Positions 32,694 to 43,374 of a stretch of DNA of 64,000 nt are shown in pieces; position 1 is the first letter of the stretch; the number at the start of each line of letters is the position of its first letter. The DNA comes from an uncultured Candidatus Rokubacteria bacterium (GTDB lineage Bacteria; Methylomirabilota; Methylomirabilia; Rokubacteriales; CSP1-6), in assembly GCA_963747235.1 (NCBI GenBank), contig CAVVEU010000008.1:192001-256000 (forward strand), given 5' to 3'. A model generated the notes under the pieces. The model searched no databases and had not been told where the DNA came from. It saw only the letters and a program-made list of their open reading frames with translations. The position numbers were made by a program, and so were the translations under genes.

Positions 32694-34418
32694 TCCGCTC
32701 CACCCTCGACGTGACCAAGCACACCCCGAGCGCGCGCGCCCTCGTGGCCGCCGAGCACCCGCTCGGGGCCGAGGTGGGCGCGGGCATCCTGGCGCGCGGC
32801 GGCAACGCGGTGGACGCGGCGGTGGCCACCGCGTTCGCGATGACGGTGGTGGAGCCCTTCATGTCCTCGGTGGCGGGCGGCGGCACCATGCTGCTGCACC
32901 TGGCCAAGCGCGGCGAGACGATCGCGCTCGACTTCAACGTGCAGGCGCCCGCCGCCTGCCACGAGCGCTGCTACGAGCTGGGGGAGGGCGTGGCGCAGGC
33001 CCTGTTCCCGTGGCGGAAGGTGGTGGGCGACGCCAACAACTTCGGTCCGAAGTCGGTGGCGATCCCGGGCTCGGTGGCGGGGTTGTGCCTCGCGCTCGAC
33101 GCGGTACGGCACGATGGATCTGGCCGACGTCATGGCCCCCGCGATCGCGCTGGCCGAGAAGGGCTTCGAGGTCGACTGGTACCACACCCTCACCATCGGG
33201 CCGCACTGCGACGAGCTCGACGTCTTCCCGGAGACCGCGCGCAGCTACCTGCGCGACGGCCACTACGTGTACCGCCCGGCCTCGAGCGCGCCCGCCGACG
33301 TGCTGCGCCAGCCGGACCTCGGCCGCAGCCTGCGGCTCATCGCCAAGGATGGCCCGAAGGCGTTCTATCGCGGCGCGATCGCTCAGGCCATCGACGAAGA
33401 GATGCGGCGCACCGGCGGCTTCCTCCGCGCGAGCGATCTCGCGGGCTACGCCCCGCGGGTGGCCGAGCCCTTGACCATGAAGTATCGCCGGCTCGAGCTC
33501 GCCTTCTCGCCCGGCGCCACCGGCGGGCCGACCGCGGTCGAGATGCTGAACATCCTGGCCGAGTTCCCCTCCGCGAAGGTCGGGTACGAGACGCCGGGCG
33601 GGCTCCACCTGCGCGCGGAGGCGATCCGCTACGCCTTCCTCGACCGGCTGCGCCATCTGGCCGATCCGCTCGCGGTGCGCGTGCCCTGGCGCGGGCTGGC
33701 CTCGAGCGAGCACGCCCAGGAAGTGGCGGCGGGCCTCCGGGCCGCCGGCCCGCGCAGCGACGCCAAGCTGCCGGACGCCTGGGCGCACGACGCGGCGAGC
33801 GGCCTCGGCCGCGGCAGGATGGCGGTGGCGCGCGGCCGGCGGCGGCTGCCCACCGACGGCAGCGACTGCACCACCCACATCTGCGCGGTGGATCGGCAGC
33901 GCAACATGGTCTCGCTGACCAACACCGCGGTCTCGCTCTTCGGCTCGCGCATGGTGGTGCCGGGCACCGGCATATTGCTTCAGAACGGCATGCTCTGGTT
34001 CGATCCGGAGCCGGGCCGCGCCAACTCGGTGGCGGCGGGCAAGCGGCCGGTGGTGAACATGGTGCCCGCGCTCGGCTTCCGGCAGGGCGAGCCCTATCTC
34101 ACGGTGGGGGCGCCGGGCGGGCGCAAGATCGTCTCGGCCATCCCGCAGGTGATCGCCAACATCGTGGACCAGGGCGATGCGCCGCAGGCCGCCATCGAGG
34201 CCCCGCGCGTGCACACCGAGGGCGGCGAGCTCTGGGTGGACGATCGGGTGGGCGAGCGGTCGCTGGCCGCGCTGCGGAGGATGGGCCACGACGTGGTCCC
34301 GAAGCACCAGGCCTACGGCACCATCTACTTCGCGCGGCCGGTGGCGATCCGGGTCGGCCGGCGCGGGCTCGAGGCGGGCCTCGATCATCTGAACGCGGCG
34401 GCGGCGGCGGGGATCTAG
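32690..34418 (+). CDS. Gamma-glutamyltransferase-family Ntn hydrolase (frameshift near 33100)
   Basis: GGNAVDAAVA, EPFMS, DCTTH autoprocessing Thr, LQNGM, GAPGG. Confidence 0.87.
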
Positions 34419-34422
34419 CGCC

Positions 34423-34734
34423 ATGGCCGAGATCACCCTGACCGCCGCGTTCTCCACCGTGCCCGCGCCCGAGCAGGAGGCGATCAAGCGCCTGCTCACC
34501 GAGACCATCGAGCAGCTCGCCCAGGAAGACAAGAGCTTCTCCCGGGCCCGCGTGGTGTTCACCGAGTCCGACGAGCGCTGCGGGCTCACCGCCGAGCTCG
34601 ACGGCGTGAAGAAGGAAGGCGTGCCGCTGTCCATCGACATCGAGCAGCTCGAGGATGCCCAGACCGGCGCGGGCGCCCGGGCGCAGCTCAAGGAAGCGCT
34701 CCGGCTCTACTTCCGGCGGGTGATGGGGAAGTGA
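34423..34734 (+). CDS. Hypothetical protein
   Basis: 103-aa GC3-biased ORF tightly packed in operon. Confidence 0.65.
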   Translation: MAEITLTAAFSTVPAPEQEAIKRLLTETIEQLAQEDKSFSRARVVFTESDERCGLTAELDGVKKEGVPLSIDIEQLEDAQTGAGARAQLKEALRLYFRRVMGK

Positions 34735-35459
34735 CCGACGCGGGCGTGCTGCTCTTCGTGCACGGCGGCTGCACGTTCACGGTGGCCGACGGGGTGCAGC
34801 CGCCCAAGGCGGGCTCGCTGCTGTTCTGCCGCCACCTGCCGGTGCGCGCGGGCGATCGGATGCTCGAGATCGGCACCGGGATCGGCCTGGCCGCGGTGCT
34901 GGCCGCGCGGGCCGGGGCGCGGGTGGTCGCGACCGACGTGGTGGACGCGGCGGTGCGCTGCGCGCGCGCGAACGCGGTGGTCAACGGCGTGGCGGATCGC
35001 GTCGAGGTGCTCCAGGGCGACGGCTTCGCGCCGGTGCGCGGGCGCGTCTTCGACCTGATCTGCACGAGCCCGCCCCAGATGCCGACGCCGCCCGATCGCG
35101 AGCGCGCCGACGCGACGGCGGCGGCCGACAACGGCGGCCCGGACGGCTGGGCCCTGCTCGACCGGGTGATCGCGGGCGCCCCCGCGCACCTCACGCCGGG
35201 CGGCCGGCTCGTGTTCACGCTCTTCGGCTTCCTCGGCGTCAAGGCGGCGCTCGCCCGGCTCCACGCCGCGGGGTTCGAGCCTGCGATCCTGGGCCAGGAG
35301 ACGCAGGCCTTCCCCCGCATCGGCTACGAGCGCATCGAGCACATCCGCGCCCTCGACACGGAGGCCACCCTGCCGCCCCACGGGTGGCCCGCCACCGTCG
35401 AGCGCTACGTGATCCAGGGTATTCGGCAGGACAGCCGGACGGAGGATCCATCACGATGA
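34731..35459 (+). CDS. HemK/PrmC-like SAM methyltransferase
   Basis: LEIGTGIG motif I; FDLICTSPPQ motif IV variant. Confidence 0.8.
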   Translation: MTDAGVLLFVHGGCTFTVADGVQPPKAGSLLFCRHLPVRAGDRMLEIGTGIGLAAVLAARAGARVVATDVVDAAVRCARANAVVNGVADRVEVLQGDGFAPVRGRVFDLICTSPPQMPTPPDRERADATAAADNGGPDGWALLDRVIAGAPAHLTPGGRLVFTLFGFLGVKAALARLHAAGFEPAILGQETQAFPRIGYERIEHIRALDTEATLPPHGWPATVERYVIQGIRQDSRTEDPSR

Positions 35460-36214
35460 AGCCGGCCCGCAGTCTCATCGTCAACGCCGACGACTACGGC
35501 CTCACCGCGGGGGTGAGCCGCGGCATCCTGGACTCGCACCGGCGCGGGATCGTGACGAGCACGACCCTGCTCGTGAACCGCCCGGTGGACCCCGCGCTCA
35601 TCGACGCGCTGAAGGCCTCGGGGCTGGGCGTGGGACTGCACATGAACCTCACGCTGGGGCCGCCGGTGGCGCCCGCGAAGCGGGTGGCCTCGCTCCTGGA
35701 CGGGGAAGGGACGTTCACCCGGGACGCGCGGGAGGCCGCCCAGCGCGCCCGACCCGACGAGGCGCGCATCGAGCTCGGGATGCAGATCGACGAGTTCCGG
35801 AAGATCATGGGGCGGTTCCCCACGCATCTGGACTCCCATCACCACGTCGGCCGGCAGGAGCCGATCCTGGAGCTGGTCCTGGACTTCGCGCGCGCCATCA
35901 AGGTGCCGGTGCGGACGCAGGACGCGGAGGTGCGGGCGGCGGCGCGCAAGCTCGCGCTCAAGACGCCGGATCACTTCATGGGCGAGTCGGGCCCGGACGC
36001 GTACTGGTCGTCGGAGCGCGTGCTCGCCCACCTGCGCGAGCTGCCGGGCGGCGTGACCGAGTTCATGACCCATCCCGGCTATTTCGACGACGACCTCGCC
36101 TACAGCCGCTACGGGCGCCAGCGGGACATCGAGCTGGCCGGCCTCACCGATCCGGAGGCGCGCACCCTCATCGAGCGGGAGGGCATCCGGCTCATGCACT
36201 TCGGGGACCTGTAG
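35456..36214 (+). CDS. ChbG/YdjC carbohydrate deacetylase
   Basis: IVNADDYG, GLHMNL, THLDSHHHV, EFMTHPG. Confidence 0.9.
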   Translation: MKPARSLIVNADDYGLTAGVSRGILDSHRRGIVTSTTLLVNRPVDPALIDALKASGLGVGLHMNLTLGPPVAPAKRVASLLDGEGTFTRDAREAAQRARPDEARIELGMQIDEFRKIMGRFPTHLDSHHHVGRQEPILELVLDFARAIKVPVRTQDAEVRAAARKLALKTPDHFMGESGPDAYWSSERVLAHLRELPGGVTEFMTHPGYFDDDLAYSRYGRQRDIELAGLTDPEARTLIEREGIRLMHFGDL

Positions 36215-36221
36215 GACGCGC

Positions 36222-37182
36222 GTGGCCCCCGACGTCGTCATCGGGATGGACGTGGGCGGGACGACCGTGGCCGCGGGCCTCGTGGCCGCCGACGGGCGGG
36301 TGCTGGAGCATCAGCAGGCGCCCACCCACGCGCGCGGCCCGGGCACCGCGCTCGAGACCATCGGCGAGCTGCTCGAGCGGCTCTGCGAGCAGGCCCGAGC
36401 CCTCGGTGTGACGGTCATCGGGGTCGGCATCGGCGTGCCCGGGATCGTCGACGCCGAGCGCGGCACGGTGGGCGTGGACGTCCACCACGCGCCCGAGCTG
36501 GCCCGGGCGCCGCTCGGCGCCATGCTGGCCGAGCGCTTCGGCGTGCCGGTCCACGTGGACAACGACGTCAACGCCCTCGCGCTGGCCGAGTGGACGTGGG
36601 GCGCCGGGCGCGGGGCGCGGTCGCTCGTCATGCTGGCGCTCGGCACCGGCGTCGGCGGCGGCATCATTGCTCGACGGGCGGCTGCATCGCGGACAGTCCG
36701 GGTTCGGCGGCGAGCTCGGCCACGTGCCCATCGACTTCGACGGGCCGCCCTGCATCTGCGGCGGGCGCGGCTGTCTCAAGGCCTACGTGTCCGGCACCGA
36801 CATCGGGCGGCGCGGAACCGAGCGGCTCGGGCGTCCGGTGAGCGCGGCCGAGATCTTCCGCCTCGCGGCGGGCGGGGACGCGGCGGCGGACGCGGTGGTG
36901 GAAGACGTCTGCGCCGCCCTCGGGGCCGGGCTGGCCATCATCGTGAACGGGCTCAATCCGGAGCGCGTGCTGCTCGCGGGCAGCGTGGCCAAGTCGCTCC
37001 GGCCCATCGAGGCGCGGGTGCGGGCGGCCCTGGCGCGCTACGCCTTCGCGGAGGCGCTGCGCGCGACGCATCTCGAGATCCTGTCCCTCGACAAGGACGC
37101 GACGGTGCGGGGCGGCGCCGCGCTCGTGCACTACGAAGCCCAGCGACCGAGGACGACGCTGGCACACCGCTTGCTCCCCTAG
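36222..37182 (+). CDS. ROK-family sugar kinase (frameshift near 36665)
   Basis: DVGGT, NDVNA, GTGVGGG, GELGH, CICGGRGCL. Confidence 0.85.
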
Positions 37183-37257
37183 GTCCCCAGCCTCGTCCAG
37201 GGGCCACTTCGGTGCCCAGACGGACACGTCTGACACCGATGTGACGGAGGAGCGAAC

Positions 37258-37776
37258 ATGGACCCGAACGGCAGCCCCTTCCGCCGTCCGCCCCCGCGGC
37301 CGGCATTCCGGCCGCGCCGGAGCGGGTTCGGGCCGGTTCCCGCCGCGCCCCTGACCGCCGAGGCGCGGAGCGGTCCGGCCGCACGCGGGCGGAGCCGCGG
37401 TGTCGCCCGCGACGCGCGCGCCCGCGCGCGCCGCCTGGGCGCGAGCGCCTTCTACGTGGTGGCCGCGCTCACGCTCCTGGACGCCACGCTTGCCTTCGCC
37501 TCGCACGACCCGGGCGCGATCATCGGGCTCGGGCTGACCCGCTGGGTGGCCGGCGCCACCCCGGTCGCCTGGATGGCCCTGCCGTTCGCGGTGGGATTCC
37601 TGCTCCTCGGTCTGCTCGCCCGGCGCGGGCGGCTCGGCGCCTTCGCGATCGGCGCCGCGGTGTACGCGCTCGACGGGCTGATCGTCGTCGCGGCCCACGA
37701 CTGGGTGGCGGTGGCGATCCACACGGTCGTGCTCGTGATGATCGTGCGGGGCCTGGACGCGGGGCGGCGGTTCTAG
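37258..37776 (+). CDS. Hypothetical membrane protein
   Basis: SD GGAGG; four hydrophobic segments. Confidence 0.55.
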   Translation: MDPNGSPFRRPPPRPAFRPRRSGFGPVPAAPLTAEARSGPAARGRSRGVARDARARARRLGASAFYVVAALTLLDATLAFASHDPGAIIGLGLTRWVAGATPVAWMALPFAVGFLLLGLLARRGRLGAFAIGAAVYALDGLIVVAAHDWVAVAIHTVVLVMIVRGLDAGRRF

Positions 37777-37787
37777 CCGCCCCGGTG

Positions 37788-38312
37788 CTACCTGGCGCGG
37801 GCGGGTGCCTTGGGCGCGGGGGTCTTCGGGCCGGGCGCGCGCTTGACGAGCGGATCGAGGATCCGCGTGAGGCGCGCCTCGTCGCTCCGGCCGTGGATGC
37901 GGGCCACGATCTCGCCGCGCTTGTTGATGACCACCGTGTACGGCGTGCCCCGGAAGCCGAAGCGGTTGGCGACCTTCAGGCGCGGATCGAGGCCGGCCGG
38001 GTACGTCGCCTTGTTGACCTCGAGAAAGTGGCGCGCGTCGGCCTCCGTATCCTGGACCTGCACGCTCACCATCTCGACCCCGCTCGCGCGGTACTTCTTG
38101 TAGACCCGCTCGAAGGCCTCCGCCTCCTCGTTGCACGCCTTGCACCACGAGGCCTGGAAGCGCACGACCAGCACGTGCTTGCCCAGGTGCGCGCGTGAAT
38201 CGAAGTGGCCGGAGCCGTCGAGCAGCGTGACGGTGAACGCGGGCGCCGCGGGCGCGGCCGCCGCGGGCGCGGCGGCGAGCAGGAGCGCGCCCAGCGCGAG
38301 AGCCAGGCGCAT
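37788..38312 (-). CDS. TlpA-like thiol-disulfide oxidoreductase, exported
   Basis: Signal peptide; ASWCKAC; GTPYTVVI. Confidence 0.85.
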   Translation of the reverse strand: MRLALALGALLLAAAPAAAAPAAPAFTVTLLDGSGHFDSRAHLGKHVLVVRFQASWCKACNEEAEAFERVYKKYRASGVEMVSVQVQDTEADARHFLEVNKATYPAGLDPRLKVANRFGFRGTPYTVVINKRGEIVARIHGRSDEARLTRILDPLVKRAPGPKTPAPKAPARAR

Positions 38313-38740
38313 CAGATCGGTCCGAAGCCCGGCTTGGGCGCGGGCGGCGGGCCGGGCCGGCGGAACGCGGACTTCGAGTCGAGCATCTGCTTGATCGTGC
38401 TCACGAGATCGTTCGTCTTGAACGGCTTCGAGATCAGGGGCCGGGCCGAGCCCTTGACCGCGGCGGTGGAGTAGCCCGACATGAGCACGATCTTCGTGGT
38501 CGGGCTGGTGGCCTCGATGCGCTTGGCCAGCTCGAGGCCGTTCATCATCGGCATCACCACGTCGGTGAGCAGCAGGTGAATCGGCTGCGCCTCGACGATG
38601 CGGCGCGCCTCCATGGGATCCCCGGTGTCGATCACGTTGTAGCCGTGCAGGGTGAGGATCTCGCGCACGAGCGCGCGCACCTCCGCCTCATCGTCGACGA
38701 CGAGAATGGTCTGCTGCGCTTCCTCGCTGGGCTCGGACAC
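38312..38740 (-). CDS. Single-domain response regulator
   Basis: ILVVDDE, LLTDVVMP, MSGY, KPF. Confidence 0.88.
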   Translation of the reverse strand: MSEPSEEAQQTILVVDDEAEVRALVREILTLHGYNVIDTGDPMEARRIVEAQPIHLLLTDVVMPMMNGLELAKRIEATSPTTKIVLMSGYSTAAVKGSARPLISKPFKTNDLVSTIKQMLDSKSAFRRPGPPPAPKPGFGPI

Positions 38741-38985
38741 AGTTCTCTCTGCCCCGACCCGGGCCTCCGCGGCAGGCCAGAGGACAGGACGAGTTGATTG
38801 TAACCTACCGTTTTTGCGTGCGAGGCCGACCTTTCGCTCCAGGGCCGATCGCGTAACTTTTTCCGCCGGGCGGTCATCCGCTCCGTCGTGCGGGGCGCCG
38901 AATCTCGGCGGTCGATTCGCGGCTCGGCTGCTAGAGTTTCCGCATGCGGTCAACCGCCGGATCGCGCCCCGTGGCCAGGAAGCGC

Positions 38986-39549
38986 ATGCTCAAGAGGTAC
39001 CTGACGACCGGTAAAGTGGGTGAAATGCTTGAAGTTTCGCCCGCCGCGATCAAGAAGTGGATCCAGCAGGGCAAGCTGTCCGCGTTCCGGACCCCCGGCG
39101 GGCACTTCCGCATTCTCGCGGACGAGTTCGAGCGCTTCCAGAAGACCCATGGCTTTGGAGCCGGGACCGGCGAGCCGCTGCGCGTGCTCGTGGTGGACGA
39201 CCAGCTCGACGTGGCCGAGGTGATCGTGGCGTCGCTTCGCGCCTTCCATCCGCGGGCGCGGCTGGAGACGGCGGCGAACGGCTTCGAGGGCCTCCTCAAG
39301 GTCGGCACGTTCCGCCCCGACGTCCTGCTGCTCGACCTCAGCATGCCGGGCATGGACGGCTTCGAGGTCTGTCGCCAGATCAAGCGCGATCCGGTCATCC
39401 GCGACACCAAGGTCGTGGTGATGACCGCGCGCTTCCTCGACGCGGAGGCGCGGGCGATGGACGCGGGCGCCGACGGGTTCCTGTCCAAGCCGTTCGAGGC
39501 CGCCACCGTCTACGGGCTCCTGGCCCGCCTGCTCGCCGCGCGACGCTGA
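38986..39549 (+). CDS. Excisionase-type HTH (HTH_17) plus receiver domain protein
   Basis: YLTTGKVGEML...RTPGGHFRI then VVDD...DLSMP...KPF. Confidence 0.85.
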   Translation: MLKRYLTTGKVGEMLEVSPAAIKKWIQQGKLSAFRTPGGHFRILADEFERFQKTHGFGAGTGEPLRVLVVDDQLDVAEVIVASLRAFHPRARLETAANGFEGLLKVGTFRPDVLLLDLSMPGMDGFEVCRQIKRDPVIRDTKVVVMTARFLDAEARAMDAGADGFLSKPFEAATVYGLLARLLAARR

Positions 39550-39622
39550 GCGCGCCCCTCACGCGCTCCGCGCCGCCGCGCTCAATTGCGGGCCCGCGCG
39601 GGCGCGTGCCATAATCCCGGCC

Positions 39623-42490
39623 ATGAGCGACCTCGAGCACGAGCTGCGCCGCCGTGTCGAAGGCGACGTCCGCTTCGACCACTACTCCCGCCTGCTGTAC
39701 TCGACGGACGCCTCCATGTACCAGATGGAGCCGATGGGCGTGGTGATCCCGCGCCACGCCGACGACGTGCAGGCGGCGATCGAGGTCGCGAACCAGCTCG
39801 GGGCGCCGCTCCTGCCGCGCGGCGGCGGCACCTCGCTGACCGGGCAGACGGTGAACCACGCGGTGGTGCTCGACTTCTCGCGCCACATGGCGGGGGTGCT
39901 CGAGGTGAACCGCGAGGAGCTGTGGGCGCGGGTGCAGCCCGGGCTGGTGCAGGACGAGCTGAACCACCACGTGCGGTCGCTCGGGCTGCTCTTCGGGCCC
40001 GACACCTCCACCTCGAACCGCGCCACCATCGGCGGCATGCTCGGCAACAACTCGGGCGGCTCGCACTCCATCGCCTACGGCCTCACCGTCGAGCACGTGA
40101 TCGAGATGACCACGATCCTGGCCGACGGCAGCCGCGCGGTGTTCGGCGAGGTGACGCCCGCGCAGTTCGCGGCCAAGATGCGCCTGCCCGGGCTGGAGGG
40201 GCAGATCTACCGCGAGATCGACCGGATCCGGACGCAGTACGACACCGAGATCCGGACGCGGTACCCCCGGCACTGGCGCCGCGTGTGCGGCTACAACCTG
40301 GACGAGCTGGTGAAGGACCGGCCGCTCAACATGGCGCGGCTCATCGTGGGCTCGGAGGGCACCTTCCTCACGGTCGTCGAGGCCAAGATGCGCCTCGTGA
40401 ACAAGCCCAAGGCCACCGCGGTGGACGTGATCCACTACCACGACATGCAGGAGGCGCTCGAGTCCTCGCAGGCAATTCTCGAGACGGGCCCGTACGCGGT
40501 CGAGCTCACCGACAAGATGATCCTCGACCTGGCCCGCAACAACATCGAGCAGGCCACCCGCATGGGGTTCGTGCAGGGCGACCCCGCCGCGATCCTGATC
40601 GTGGAGTACGCGGGGGACACCGAGCAGGAGGTCAAGGCCAAGGTCGCGGACCTCGAGGCGCGGCGGACGCGCGGCCGCTTCGGCTACGCCTCGCACATCG
40701 CCACCGACTCGGCCGAGCAGCAGTCCATCTGGAAGCTCCGCAAGGCCGGCCTCGGCCTGCTCCTGGGCACGCGCGGCGAATCCAAGCCCATCGCGTTCAT
40801 CGAGGACACCGCGGTGGACCCGAAGCACCTGCCCGAGTTCGTGCCGCGCTTCACCGAGATCATGACCAAGCACGGGGCGGACGCCGCCTACTACGGCCAC
40901 TGCTCGGTGGGGTGTCTGCACATCCGCCCGCTGATCAACCTCAAGACCGAGCGGGGCCTCGAGCAGGTCCGGGTGATGGCCGAGGAGATCTTCGACCTCG
41001 TGCTCTCCTTCGGCGGGGCCATCTCGAGCGAGCACGGCGACGGCCGCGCCCGCAGCCCGTTCCTGGAGCGGGTGTTCGGGCCGACCATGTTCCGGGCGTT
41101 CAAGGAGACGAAGGCCGCCTTCGATCCGCGCGGGCTGATGAACCCGGGCAACATCGTGGGCAGCCCCGGCGTCACCGAGCACCTCCGCTACGGCGCCAAG
41201 TACAAGACGTGGGAGCCCAAGACCCTGCTCGACTTCTCGGCGCAGGGCGGCTTCGCGGCCGCGGTCGAGATGTGCAACGGGGTCGGCGTCTGCCGCAAGA
41301 AGCTCGAGGGCACCATGTGCCCGTCCTACATGGCCACCCGGGACGAGGAGCACAGCACGCGCGGGCGTGCCAACGCGCTGCGGGCGGTGCTGTCGGGCCA
41401 GGTCCCGGCGACCGACTTCGCGGGCAAGCGGCTCTACGAGGTGATGGATCTCTGCCTCGAGTGCAAGGGCTGCAAGGCGGAGTGCCCGTCCAACGTGGAC
41501 ATGGCCAAGATGAAGTACGAGTTCCTGCACCACTATCACGCGGTCAACGGGCTGCCGCTCCGCAACCGCCTGTTCGGGCACATCGCGCGGCTCTCCTGGC
41601 TCGGCTCGCGGCTGGCCCCGATCTCGAACTGGATCGCGCGCTCCTGGCCGAACCGGTGGCTGATGGAGCGGGTCGCGGGCATCGACCGGCGGCGGCCGCT
41701 GCCCGCCTTCGCGCGCGAGACCTTCACCGACTGGTTCGATCGACGCCGCGCGCCGGTCGAGGCCCCGCGCGGCGACGTGGTGCTCTTCCACGACACCTTC
41801 ATCACCTACAACGCGCCGGAGATCGGGCGCGCCGCGGTGGAGCTGCTGGAGACGGCCGGCTACCGCGTCCAGCTCGTGGACAAGAAGTGCTGCGGCCGGC
41901 CGCTGATCTCCAAGGGCATGCTCGACGAGGCCAAGGCGCACGCGGAATGGAACGTGGCGCGCCTGCTGCCCTGGGTGGACCGGGGCGCCGCCATCGTCGG
42001 GCTCGAGCCTTCCTGCCTTCTCACGCTGCGGGACGAGACCGTCGAGCTGGTGCGCACCGACGAGGCGCGCCGCGTGGCGGCCTCCGCGTTTCTCCTGGAA
42101 GAGTTCCTGCTGCGCGAGCGCGCGCGGGGCCTGACGCTGCCCTTCGCCAATGGCTCCGTGCGCAAGCAGGCGCTGCTCCACGGCCACTGCCACCAGAAGG
42201 CCATGGTCGGCACCGCGCCCACGGTGGCCGCGCTGCGATGGGCCGGCTACGAGGTGGCGGAGGTGGACTCGGGCTGCTGCGGCATGGCCGGGTCCTTCGG
42301 CTTCGAGCGCGAGCATTATGACGTCTCGGTGACGCTGGGCAACCGGCGTCTCGCGCCCGCGGTGAAGGCGGCGACCGCCGAGACCGAGATCGTCGCGCCG
42401 GGTGTCTCCTGCCGCCAGCAGATCGAGCACCTGGCGGGCCGCCAGGCCAAGCACCCCGCCCAGATCCTGCGCGACGCGCTCCGCTCCTGA
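39623..42490 (+). CDS. FAD-binding and Fe-S (CCG) oxidoreductase, YdiJ/D-2-hydroxyacid dehydrogenase-like
   Basis: RGGGTSLTGQ, EHGDG, CNGVGVC, CLECKGCKAEC, CCG motifs. Confidence 0.9.
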   Translation: MSDLEHELRRRVEGDVRFDHYSRLLYSTDASMYQMEPMGVVIPRHADDVQAAIEVANQLGAPLLPRGGGTSLTGQTVNHAVVLDFSRHMAGVLEVNREELWARVQPGLVQDELNHHVRSLGLLFGPDTSTSNRATIGGMLGNNSGGSHSIAYGLTVEHVIEMTTILADGSRAVFGEVTPAQFAAKMRLPGLEGQIYREIDRIRTQYDTEIRTRYPRHWRRVCGYNLDELVKDRPLNMARLIVGSEGTFLTVVEAKMRLVNKPKATAVDVIHYHDMQEALESSQAILETGPYAVELTDKMILDLARNNIEQATRMGFVQGDPAAILIVEYAGDTEQEVKAKVADLEARRTRGRFGYASHIATDSAEQQSIWKLRKAGLGLLLGTRGESKPIAFIEDTAVDPKHLPEFVPRFTEIMTKHGADAAYYGHCSVGCLHIRPLINLKTERGLEQVRVMAEEIFDLVLSFGGAISSEHGDGRARSPFLERVFGPTMFRAFKETKAAFDPRGLMNPGNIVGSPGVTEHLRYGAKYKTWEPKTLLDFSAQGGFAAAVEMCNGVGVCRKKLEGTMCPSYMATRDEEHSTRGRANALRAVLSGQVPATDFAGKRLYEVMDLCLECKGCKAECPSNVDMAKMKYEFLHHYHAVNGLPLRNRLFGHIARLSWLGSRLAPISNWIARSWPNRWLMERVAGIDRRRPLPAFARETFTDWFDRRRAPVEAPRGDVVLFHDTFITYNAPEIGRAAVELLETAGYRVQLVDKKCCGRPLISKGMLDEAKAHAEWNVARLLPWVDRGAAIVGLEPSCLLTLRDETVELVRTDEARRVAASAFLLEEFLLRERARGLTLPFANGSVRKQALLHGHCHQKAMVGTAPTVAALRWAGYEVAEVDSGCCGMAGSFGFEREHYDVSVTLGNRRLAPAVKAATAETEIVAPGVSCRQQIEHLAGRQAKHPAQILRDALRS

Positions 42491-42524
42491 GTCCGGCGTC
42501 CCGCGGACGCCGGCCGCCCCGCCG

Positions 42525-43304
42525 ATGGACAACCTGACGCTCAAGCTCGTGGTGACGCCCGCGCTGATCGGGGCGGCCACGCTCGCGGGCCGGCGGTGGG
42601 GCCAGTCCATCGGCGGCTGGCTGGTGGGCCTGCCGCTCACCACCGGCCCGGTGGCGTTCTTCATCGCGCTCGACCACGGGGAGTCCTTCGCGGCGGCCGC
42701 GGTGGTGGGCTCGCTCGCGGGCGCCGTCGCGGAGGTCGCGTTCAGCCTGGCCTACGGCTGGAGCGCGCTCCGGCGCTCGTGGCCGACGGCCCTGCTGGCC
42801 GGCACCGTGGCCTACGGGGCCGTCGCGGCGCTGGTGCAGGGTCTGGGGCTCGGGGCCGTCGCCCTGTTCGCGCTGGTCATCGTCGCGCTGGCGGTCTCGC
42901 TCCGCCTCATGCCGCGGGGCGCCCCCGGGGCTGCGCCCGTGGTGTCCCCGCGCTGGGATCTGCCGGCGCGCATGGTGCTCGCCACCACCGTGGTGCTCGT
43001 CCTCACCGCGCTCGCGCCGCGGCTCGGCGCGCGGTGGAGCGGGCTGCTCGCGACCTATCCGCTCTTCGCGGCCATCCTGACCGCCTTCGGCCACCGGCAG
43101 CAGGGCGCGGGCGCGGCCATCGGCGTGCTGCGCGGCCTGCTCTTCGGCCTGTTCTCCTTCGCCGGCTTCTGCCTGGTGCTGGCCCTGGGCCTGGTCCCGC
43201 TCGGCATCGCGACCGCGTTCGCCGCCGCGGTCGCGGTCGCGCTCCTGGCGCAGGGGATCTCGCTCTGGCGGCTGCGGGCGCCCCGCGCGCCGGGACCCTC
43301 TTGA
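42525..43304 (+). CDS. Hypothetical multi-pass membrane protein
   Basis: Internally repeated GWLVGLP / SGLLATYP, about 8 TM. Confidence 0.7.
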   Translation: MDNLTLKLVVTPALIGAATLAGRRWGQSIGGWLVGLPLTTGPVAFFIALDHGESFAAAAVVGSLAGAVAEVAFSLAYGWSALRRSWPTALLAGTVAYGAVAALVQGLGLGAVALFALVIVALAVSLRLMPRGAPGAAPVVSPRWDLPARMVLATTVVLVLTALAPRLGARWSGLLATYPLFAAILTAFGHRQQGAGAAIGVLRGLLFGLFSFAGFCLVLALGLVPLGIATAFAAAVAVALLAQGISLWRLRAPRAPGPS

Positions 43305-43374
43305 CTCCGCGGCGGCGCCACCCCTAGATAGTGCCGGCGTCACTCGTCCCGCACCCGACCAAGGAGACTCGCGC

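Noticed and set aside
38986-39549. Excisionase indicating an integrated element
   Set aside because: The HTH is fused to a receiver domain; no integrase or att/tRNA site seen
39395-42664. Long antisense or alternate-frame ORFs (e.g. 1089 aa here, 883 aa at 7453-10104)
   Set aside because: Shadow ORFs expected in very high-GC coding DNA; Arg/Gly/Pro-rich with no recognisable motifs
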